DNA of 64,000 nucleotides from Escherichia coli (GTDB lineage Bacteria; Pseudomonadota; Gammaproteobacteria; Enterobacterales; Enterobacteriaceae): NCBI RefSeq assembly GCF_022846255.1, contig NZ_AP025682.1; one strand, 5' to 3'. Shown piece by piece: positions 52,687 to 64,000 of this stretch (position 1 is its first letter; each line of letters starts with the position of its first letter). The notes under the pieces were generated by a model. It saw only the letters and a program-made list of their open reading frames with translations, ran no database searches and was not told where the DNA came from. The position numbers and the translations under genes were made by a program.

Positions 52687-55600
52687 ATGAATATGCGGAT
52701 TATCTCTCTACGCAAGGAGTATTTATCTTTACTCCCGTCAATGATTGCATCTCTTTTCTCTGCTAACGGTGCCGCAGCGGTCATTGATTCATGCCAGGGA
52801 TATGATATCAAAGCGAGCTGTCAGGCCAGCAGGCAAAGCCTTTCGGGTAATATACAGGACTGGAGCATCGCGGATGGACAATGGTTGATTTTTTCGGGTA
52901 TGGTCAATAATACCAGCGGTGGCGCAGTATTTTTGCAGCACAGTGCTGAATTTACGATATCACCACAAAATGAAACAGGGATGACCCTGTTTGCTGATAA
53001 CTCGGTTAGTGGCGAATATAATAATGGTGGGGCTATCTTTGCTAAAGAAAACTCAACGATAAATCTTGCGAATGTTATTTTCGACAGTAATGTTGCAGGA
53101 GGCTATGGCGGAGCAATCTATTCTGCCGGTACCAATGATACCGGTGCCGCCGATTTACGTGTCACTAACGCCGTATTTCACAATAACATCGCTAATGACG
53201 GCAAAGGCGGTGCAATTTATACCATCAATAATGACGTCTATTTAAGTGATGATGCTTTTAATAATAATCAGGCATATACATCAACCAGCTATAGTGATGG
53301 GGACGGCGGTGCCATTGATGTTACGGATAATAGTACGGATAACACACATCTTTCAGGAAAAACGATAATTAATAATACCTCCTTTACCAATAACTATGCA
53401 GAAGGTTATGGCGGAGCAATTTATACCAGCAGCACCACATCCCCGTATCTTATTGATATTTCTGTTGATGATAATTATGACCAAAACAATGGTGTGATGA
53501 TTGATGAAAATAACAGCGCCTCGGGATATGACCATTCGGCGACGGCAGCGGCGGGGGGCTTTATGTATATCGGTCATAGTGTGGCTGAATTTAACATTGC
53601 CGCCGATAAAACGCTGGTAATAGGCAACACCAGCAACGATGGTGCGATTGATTCTCTTGCCGGAACGGGAGTCATCGTGAAAGAGGGAGCGGGAGAGTTA
53701 GTCCTCAATGCCGACAATAATGCGTTTACCGGCGAGATGAGTATCCAGAATGGCGAGGTGACGCTGGGGCGCAGCGATGAGTTAATGAATGTCGGCGACA
53801 CGCACTGTCAGAGCGATCCGCAGGATTGCTTTGGTCTGATGGTCGGCAGCACTGTTCATTCTGAGTATCAGGCAGAACTGAATGTTGGCAATACACAACA
53901 AACGTTTGTGCACTCATTAACCGGTTTTGCTAATGGCATTTTGAATATCGACGCAGGCGGCAATGTTACCGTAAACCAGGGCGGTTTTTCCGGCTCGATT
54001 CAGGGTGAAGGACAGTTGACGGTAGCGCAAGATGGCAGCTATCTCCTGACAGGGGCGCAGTCGATGGCATTAACCGGCGATATTGTGGTGGAAGATAACG
54101 CCGTATTGTCGCTAGCGGGGAATCAGGCCGATTTACGGGCAATGCAGAGCGATCCGCAATCGATCGTGCTAAATGGCGGAGTATTGGATCTCTCTGATTT
54201 CACCACCTGGGATGGCGATAGCTCATACAATGACGGTCTGCAAATCAGCGGCAGCGGGGGGACAGTGATTGGCAGTAATGATGTCGTTGATATCAGCAGT
54301 GGCGATGATTTACATATTGGCGGCAGTGATGCCAGCCAGAATGGCGTTTATGTCGTCATTAATGCGGGGGATCAGCGCGTAACGCTGGCGAATAACAACG
54401 GTTATCTCGGTAATACGCAAATCGCCTCCGGTACGCTTGAAGTCAGCGATAATTCGCAATTGGGGGACACAAGTTACAACCGTTCAGTGATCTTCACAGA
54501 TCCCCAACAACACAGTGAAATGGATGTGACGACTGATGTTGACACTCGCTCGGCTACAACAGGTCAGGGCAGGAATATTGAAATGCGCGCTGATGGCGAA
54601 ATACACGTTGAGGATGGCGTAGATACGCAATGGGGCGGATTGATGGCGGATAGTACCGGGCAACAACTGGATAGCGTAAGCACGTTGACTAAAAGTGGCG
54701 GCGGTACGCTGGAGTTGACCGCCAGCGGCACTGCGACGTCTGCGGTACGTGTGGAGGACGGAACGCTAAAAGGTGAAGCGGAGAATATTATTCCTTATGT
54801 TTCTTCACTGTGGGTGGGGGAAGACGGTGTTTTTGAAACCGGGCAAAATCAGGATATTCGCTCAATCGATGCCACCTCTGGCGGCGATATCGACATAACC
54901 GATGGTACTGTGTTGCGATTGACGCAGCAGGATACGAACCAGGTGCTGGATGCCTCGCTGTTTAGCGGCGACGGTACGCTGGTGAATGCCACCGATGGCG
55001 TGACGCTGGCAGGTGAGCTTAATACCAACCTTGAAACTGACAGCCTGACTTATCTTTCCGACGTGACGGTCAATGGTGATCTAACTAATACTTCCGGTGC
55101 TGTCAGTCTGCAAAATGGCGTCGCTGGCGACACGCTCACGGTAAACGGTGATTACATCGGTGGCGGTACGTTGTTTCTCGACAGCGAATTAAACGGCGAT
55201 GACTCGGCAAGCGACCAACTGGTGTTGAACGGCAATACCTCGGGTAACACGACCGTGGTGGTTAACCCCATTACTGGCATTGGTGAACCGACATCTACAG
55301 GTATTAAAGTGGTTGATTTCGCAGCTGATCCCGCGCAGTTTCAAAACAATGCGCAGTTCAGTCTGGCAGGAAGCGGCTACGTCAATATGGGGGCGTATGA
55401 CTACACGCTGGTGGAAGATAACAACGACTGGTATCTGCGATCACAAGAAGTCAATCCGACGCCGCCGCCCGATCCAGACCCGACTCCAGATCCTGATCCC
55501 ACGCCGGATCCCGACCCAACCCCCGACCCAACCCCCGACCCGGAACCTACGCCTGCCTACCAGCCGGTGTTGAATGCCAAAGTTGGTGGATATTTTAATA

Positions 55601-56463
55601 ACCTGCGGGCGGCAAATCAGGCATTTGTGATGGAGCGACGCGATCACGCTGGTGGCGATGGTCAGACGCTGAATTTACGCGTTATCGGCGGGCGTTATCA
55701 TTACACGGCGGTAGGGCAGTTGGCTCAGCATGAAGACACTTCTACGGTGCAGCTTAGCGGCAACCTGTTTAGCGGGCACTGGGGTGATGATGGCGAGTGG
55801 ATGCTTGGGATTGTTGGTGGCTACAGCGATAACCAGGGCGACAGCCGCTCGAATATGACCGGAACTCGCGCCGATAACCAGAACCACGGTTATGCCGTTG
55901 GGCTGACCTCAAGCTGGTATCAGCACGGTAATCAGAAGCAGGGGGCCTGGTTGGATAGCTGGCTGCAATATGTGTGGTTTAACAATGATGTTTCCGAACA
56001 AGACGATGGCGTGGATCATTACCACTCGTCGGGGATTATCGCCTCGCTGGAAGCCGGTTATCAGTGGTTACCGGGGCATGGTGTGGTGATTGAACCGCAG
56101 ACGCAGGTGATTTATCAGGGCGTGCAGCAGGATGATTTTACCACCGCTAACCATGCGCGCGTGTCACAATCGCAGGGTGATGATATTCAGACGCGGCTGG
56201 GTTTACACAGCGAATGGCGTACTGCTGTTGGTGTCACGCCAACGTTAGATCTGAATTATTATCACGATCCCCATTCGACGGGAATTGAAGAAGATGGCAG
56301 CACTATCAGTGACGATGCGGCGAAGCAACGGGGTGAAATAAAAGTGGGAATAACGGGCAATATCAGTCAGCGAGTTTCGCTGCGTGGTAGCGTGGCGTGG
56401 CAGAAAGGGAGTGATGATTTTGCCCAGACGGCAGGGTTTTTGTCGATGACAGTGAAATGGTAA
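52687..56463 (+). CDS. yfaL: AIDA-I-type autotransporter adhesin YfaL (EhaC)
   Basis: 1258 aa ORF (start may be 52693, MRIISL...); passenger with GGAIY pertactin-like repeats; proline-rich linker; C-terminal beta-barrel ending in W. Confidence 0.88.
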   Translation: MNMRIISLRKEYLSLLPSMIASLFSANGAAAVIDSCQGYDIKASCQASRQSLSGNIQDWSIADGQWLIFSGMVNNTSGGAVFLQHSAEFTISPQNETGMTLFADNSVSGEYNNGGAIFAKENSTINLANVIFDSNVAGGYGGAIYSAGTNDTGAADLRVTNAVFHNNIANDGKGGAIYTINNDVYLSDDAFNNNQAYTSTSYSDGDGGAIDVTDNSTDNTHLSGKTIINNTSFTNNYAEGYGGAIYTSSTTSPYLIDISVDDNYDQNNGVMIDENNSASGYDHSATAAAGGFMYIGHSVAEFNIAADKTLVIGNTSNDGAIDSLAGTGVIVKEGAGELVLNADNNAFTGEMSIQNGEVTLGRSDELMNVGDTHCQSDPQDCFGLMVGSTVHSEYQAELNVGNTQQTFVHSLTGFANGILNIDAGGNVTVNQGGFSGSIQGEGQLTVAQDGSYLLTGAQSMALTGDIVVEDNAVLSLAGNQADLRAMQSDPQSIVLNGGVLDLSDFTTWDGDSSYNDGLQISGSGGTVIGSNDVVDISSGDDLHIGGSDASQNGVYVVINAGDQRVTLANNNGYLGNTQIASGTLEVSDNSQLGDTSYNRSVIFTDPQQHSEMDVTTDVDTRSATTGQGRNIEMRADGEIHVEDGVDTQWGGLMADSTGQQLDSVSTLTKSGGGTLELTASGTATSAVRVEDGTLKGEAENIIPYVSSLWVGEDGVFETGQNQDIRSIDATSGGDIDITDGTVLRLTQQDTNQVLDASLFSGDGTLVNATDGVTLAGELNTNLETDSLTYLSDVTVNGDLTNTSGAVSLQNGVAGDTLTVNGDYIGGGTLFLDSELNGDDSASDQLVLNGNTSGNTTVVVNPITGIGEPTSTGIKVVDFAADPAQFQNNAQFSLAGSGYVNMGAYDYTLVEDNNDWYLRSQEVNPTPPPDPDPTPDPDPTPDPDPTPDPTPDPEPTPAYQPVLNAKVGGYFNNLRAANQAFVMERRDHAGGDGQTLNLRVIGGRYHYTAVGQLAQHEDTSTVQLSGNLFSGHWGDDGEWMLGIVGGYSDNQGDSRSNMTGTRADNQNHGYAVGLTSSWYQHGNQKQGAWLDSWLQYVWFNNDVSEQDDGVDHYHSSGIIASLEAGYQWLPGHGVVIEPQTQVIYQGVQQDDFTTANHARVSQSQGDDIQTRLGLHSEWRTAVGVTPTLDLNYYHDPHSTGIEEDGSTISDDAAKQRGEIKVGITGNISQRVSLRGSVAWQKGSDDFAQTAGFLSMTVKW
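55456..55551 (+). repeat. Proline-rich tandem repeat (PDPT/PDPDPT units) in the yfaL linker
   Basis: translation PTPPPDPDPTPDPDPTPDPDPTPDPTPDPEPTPA; repeated ccngaycc units in the DNA. Confidence 0.8.
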
Positions 56464-56469
56464 TCGCTG

Positions 56470-56590
56470 TCTGACCGGCACTGTTGCCGGATGCGGCGTA
56501 AACGCCTTATCTGGCCTACGGGGAGCATTTGTAGGTCTGATAAGACGCGGCAAGCGCCGCATCAGGCTTGGCTCGGTTGCCGGATGAATC
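56470..56590. repeat. BIME/REP cluster between yfaL and ubiG
   Basis: ttgccggatgcggcgtaaacgccttatctggcctac and a second inverted unit. Confidence 0.75.
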
Positions 56591-56602
56591 CAAACAACAA
56601 CC

Positions 56603-57325
56603 TCACTTATTCTGCGTGTGCAGCATATAGTTCACATCCACGCCGGGGCCGAGCTTAAAGGAATTAGTGATAGGGTTGTAATGCAGCCCGGTCATATGCC
56701 GTTCTTTAAGACTGGTCTGATCCACCCAGCCCAGCAATTCTGCCGGTTTAATAAACTTCTTCACATCATGTGTACCTTTAGGCACCATGCGCAAAATATA
56801 TTCCGCACCAACCACCGCCATCAGCCATGACTTGCCGTTGCGGTTAAGCGTCGAGAAAAAGACATCGCCGCCCGGTTTCACCAGTTGCGCACAGGCTCTG
56901 ACCACTGACTGAGGATCGGGGACGTGCTCCAGCATCTCCATACAGGTCACCACGTCATACTGTCCGGCATGTTTTGCCGCGTGCTCTTCCACGGTTTCCT
57001 GCACGTAATCCACCTGAATGCCGCTTTCCAGTGCGTGCAGTTTTGCCACCTGCAATGGCTCAAAGCCCATATCCAGACCGGTCACCGTCGCGCCCTCCCG
57101 CGCCATACTCTCGGCCAGAATGCCGCCGCCACAACCGACATCGAGCACCTTTTTGCCAAATAAACCGCCAGCACGCTCGGCAATATAGCCCAGACGCAGC
57201 GGGTTAATGCGGTGCAGCGGTTTGAACTCACCTTCAAGATCCCACCAGCGGGAGGCGACGGCTTCAAATTTAGCGATCTCTTCGTGGTCTACGTTGTGGT
57301 TTACCGGCGATTTTTCGGCATTCAT
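56603..57325 (-). CDS. ubiG: Ubiquinone biosynthesis O-methyltransferase
   Basis: ORF 56603..57373; ATG at 57325 gives [21 protein letters not shown]..., 240 aa; SAM-binding motif [13 protein letters not shown]. Confidence 0.9.
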   Translation of the reverse strand: MNAEKSPVNHNVDHEEIAKFEAVASRWWDLEGEFKPLHRINPLRLGYIAERAGGLFGKKVLDVGCGGGILAESMAREGATVTGLDMGFEPLQVAKLHALESGIQVDYVQETVEEHAAKHAGQYDVVTCMEMLEHVPDPQSVVRACAQLVKPGGDVFFSTLNRNGKSWLMAVVGAEYILRMVPKGTHDVKKFIKPAELLGWVDQTSLKERHMTGLHYNPITNSFKLGPGVDVNYMLHTQNK

Positions 57326-57471
57326 TGGCACTTCTACTCCGTAATTGGCAAGACAAACGAGTATATCAGGCATTGGATGTGAATAAAGCGTATAGGTTTA
57401 CCTCAAACTGCGCGGCTGTGTTATAATTTGCGACCTTTGAATCCGGGATACAGTAGAGGGATAGCGGTTAG

Positions 57472-60099
57472 ATGAGCGACCTTGCGAGAGAAATTACACC
57501 GGTCAACATTGAGGAAGAGCTGAAGAGCTCCTATCTGGATTATGCGATGTCGGTCATTGTTGGCCGTGCGCTGCCAGATGTCCGAGATGGCCTGAAGCCG
57601 GTACACCGTCGCGTACTTTACGCCATGAACGTACTAGGCAATGACTGGAACAAAGCCTATAAAAAATCTGCCCGTGTCGTTGGTGACGTAATCGGTAAAT
57701 ACCATCCCCATGGTGACTCGGCGGTTTATGACACGATCGTCCGTATGGCGCAGCCATTCTCGCTGCGTTACATGCTGGTAGACGGTCAGGGTAACTTCGG
57801 TTCCATCGACGGCGACTCTGCGGCGGCAATGCGTTATACGGAAATCCGTCTGGCGAAAATTGCCCATGAACTGATGGCTGATCTCGAAAAAGAGACGGTC
57901 GATTTCGTTGATAACTATGACGGCACGGAAAAAATTCCGGACGTCATGCCAACCAAAATTCCTAACCTGCTGGTGAACGGTTCTTCCGGTATCGCCGTAG
58001 GTATGGCAACCAACATCCCGCCGCACAACCTGACGGAAGTCATCAACGGTTGTCTGGCGTATATCGATGATGAAGACATCAGCATTGAAGGGCTGATGGA
58101 ACACATCCCGGGGCCGGACTTCCCGACGGCGGCAATCATTAACGGTCGTCGCGGTATTGAAGAAGCTTACCGTACCGGTCGCGGCAAGGTATATATCCGC
58201 GCCCGTGCTGAAGTGGAAGTTGACGCCAAAACCGGACGTGAAACCATTATCGTCCACGAAATTCCTTATCAGGTGAACAAAGCGCGCCTGATCGAGAAGA
58301 TTGCGGAACTGGTAAAAGAAAAACGCGTGGAAGGCATCAGCGCGCTGCGTGACGAGTCTGACAAAGACGGTATGCGCATCGTGATTGAAGTGAAACGCGA
58401 TGCGGTCGGTGAAGTTGTGCTCAACAACCTCTACTCCCAGACCCAGTTGCAGGTTTCTTTCGGTATCAACATGGTGGCATTGCACCATGGTCAGCCGAAG
58501 ATCATGAACCTGAAAGACATCATCGCGGCGTTTGTTCGTCACCGCCGCGAAGTGGTGACTCGTCGTACTATTTTCGAACTGCGTAAAGCTCGCGATCGTG
58601 CTCATATCCTTGAAGCATTAGCCGTGGCACTGGCGAACATCGACCCGATCATCGAACTGATCCGTCATGCGCCGACGCCTGCAGAAGCGAAAACCGCGCT
58701 GGTTGCTAATCCGTGGCAGCTGGGCAACGTTGCCGCGATGCTGGAACGTGCGGGCGACGATGCTGCGCGTCCGGAATGGCTGGAGCCAGAGTTCGGCGTG
58801 CGTGATGGTCTGTACTACCTGACCGAACAGCAAGCTCAGGCGATTCTGGATCTGCGTTTGCAGAAACTGACCGGCCTTGAGCACGAAAAACTGCTCGACG
58901 AATACAAAGAGCTGCTGGATCAGATCGCGGAACTGTTGCGTATTCTTGGTAGCGCCGATCGTCTGATGGAAGTGATCCGCGAAGAGCTGGAGCTGGTTCG
59001 TGAACAGTTCGGTGACAAACGTCGTACTGAAATCACCGCCAACAGCGCAGACATCAACCTGGAAGATCTGATCACCCAGGAAGATGTGGTCGTGACGCTC
59101 TCTCACCAGGGCTACGTGAAGTATCAGCCGCTTTCTGAATACGAAGCGCAGCGTCGTGGCGGGAAAGGTAAATCTGCCGCACGTATTAAAGAAGAAGACT
59201 TTATCGACCGACTGCTGGTGGCGAATACCCACGACCATATTCTGTGCTTCTCCAGCCGTGGTCGCGTCTATTCGATGAAGGTCTACCAGTTGCCAGAAGC
59301 TACTCGTGGCGCGCGTGGTCGTCCGATCGTCAACCTGCTGCCGCTGGAACAGGACGAACGTATCACCGCGATCCTGCCGGTGACCGAGTTTGAAGAAGGC
59401 GTGAAAGTCTTCATGGCGACCGCTAACGGTACGGTGAAGAAAACCGTCCTCACCGAGTTCAACCGTCTGCGTACCGCCGGTAAAGTGGCGATCAAACTGG
59501 TTGAAGGCGATGAGCTGATCGGCGTTGACCTGACCAGCGGCGAAGACGAAGTAATGCTGTTCTCCGCTGAAGGTAAAGTGGTGCGCTTTAAAGAGTCTTC
59601 TGTCCGTGCGATGGGCTGCAACACCACCGGTGTTCGTGGTATTCGTTTAGGCGAAGGCGATAAAGTCGTCTCTCTGATCGTGCCTCGTGGCGATGGCGCA
59701 ATCCTCACCGCAACGCAGAACGGTTATGGTAAACGTACCGCAGTGGCGGAATACCCAACCAAGTCGCGTGCGACGAAAGGGGTTATCTCCATCAAGGTTA
59801 CCGAACGTAACGGTTTAGTGGTTGGCGCGGTGCAGGTAGATGACTGCGACCAGATCATGATGATCACCGATGCCGGTACGCTGGTACGTACTCGCGTTTC
59901 GGAAATCAGCATCGTAGGCCGTAACACCCAGGGCGTAATCCTTATCCGTACTTCGGAAGATGAAAACGTGGTGGGTCTGCAACGTGTTGCTGAACCGGTT
60001 GACGAGGAAGATCTGGATACCATCGACGGCAGTGCCGCGGAAGGGGACGATGAAATCGCTCCGGAAGTGGACGTTGACGACGAGCCAGAAGAAGAATAA
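57472..60099 (+). CDS. gyrA: DNA gyrase subunit A
   Basis: 875 aa ORF; catalytic region AAMRYTE; quinolone-resistance region [11 protein letters not shown] with Ser83 (TCG 57718..57720) and Asp87 (GAC 57730..57732); acidic C-terminal tail. Confidence 0.95.
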   Translation: MSDLAREITPVNIEEELKSSYLDYAMSVIVGRALPDVRDGLKPVHRRVLYAMNVLGNDWNKAYKKSARVVGDVIGKYHPHGDSAVYDTIVRMAQPFSLRYMLVDGQGNFGSIDGDSAAAMRYTEIRLAKIAHELMADLEKETVDFVDNYDGTEKIPDVMPTKIPNLLVNGSSGIAVGMATNIPPHNLTEVINGCLAYIDDEDISIEGLMEHIPGPDFPTAAIINGRRGIEEAYRTGRGKVYIRARAEVEVDAKTGRETIIVHEIPYQVNKARLIEKIAELVKEKRVEGISALRDESDKDGMRIVIEVKRDAVGEVVLNNLYSQTQLQVSFGINMVALHHGQPKIMNLKDIIAAFVRHRREVVTRRTIFELRKARDRAHILEALAVALANIDPIIELIRHAPTPAEAKTALVANPWQLGNVAAMLERAGDDAARPEWLEPEFGVRDGLYYLTEQQAQAILDLRLQKLTGLEHEKLLDEYKELLDQIAELLRILGSADRLMEVIREELELVREQFGDKRRTEITANSADINLEDLITQEDVVVTLSHQGYVKYQPLSEYEAQRRGGKGKSAARIKEEDFIDRLLVANTHDHILCFSSRGRVYSMKVYQLPEATRGARGRPIVNLLPLEQDERITAILPVTEFEEGVKVFMATANGTVKKTVLTEFNRLRTAGKVAIKLVEGDELIGVDLTSGEDEVMLFSAEGKVVRFKESSVRAMGCNTTGVRGIRLGEGDKVVSLIVPRGDGAILTATQNGYGKRTAVAEYPTKSRATKGVISIKVTERNGLVVGAVQVDDCDQIMMITDAGTLVRTRVSEISIVGRNTQGVILIRTSEDENVVGLQRVAEPVDEEDLDTIDGSAAEGDDEIAPEVDVDDEPEEE

Positions 60100-60116
60100 T
60101 TTCATCGCTTCATGCC

Positions 60117-60140
60117 AAAAGGGAGCCATCTCCCTTTTTT
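60117..60140 (+). terminator. Rho-independent terminator after gyrA
   Basis: hairpin aaaagggag-ccat-ctccc followed by a run of six T. Confidence 0.65.
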
Positions 60141-60247
60141 GAATTGAAAAGTCCAGGCTGTAAAGTCTGGGCTTTTGTCGTATTAGGGCGCGGTAAAGTT
60201 TGGCTGTGCCCGTAAAAAATGGCTGGCTATACACAAGGAATGTGGCA

Positions 60248-64000
<3,753 letters not shown>

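Overview
This window reads as a contiguous stretch of Escherichia coli-type core chromosome, with no sign of a new multi-gene system. In order it carries the 3' end of nuoCD and nuoE-N (NADH dehydrogenase I), yfbM, a frameshifted yfbL, rbn, elaA, elaB, menFDHBCE, pmrD, the convergent arnBCADTEF operon, ais, nudI, yfaZ, yfaY, rhmRDTA, ypaA, yfaD/rpnE, glpABC, glpTQ, inaA, yfaE, nrdAB, yfaL, ubiG, gyrA, yfaA, yfaT and the 5' part of yfaS. Gene identities come from reading the supplied ORF translations and from my memory of the E. coli K-12 map; no database search was run. I found no tRNA, rRNA, CRISPR array, IS element, integrase or prophage. The most interesting local features are: (1) the 3' end of rpnE/yfaD holds an in-frame internal start with its own Shine-Dalgarno, and a duplicated free-standing copy of that small ORF (ypaA) sits immediately downstream; (2) yfbL is split by a frameshift; (3) the rbn-to-nuoN interval is much shorter than the K-12 layout I remember; (4) the yfaA-yfaT-yfaS alpha-2-macroglobulin-type cluster has an open yfaS 5' region. 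Start codons were adjusted by eye where the listed ORF was clearly extended upstream.
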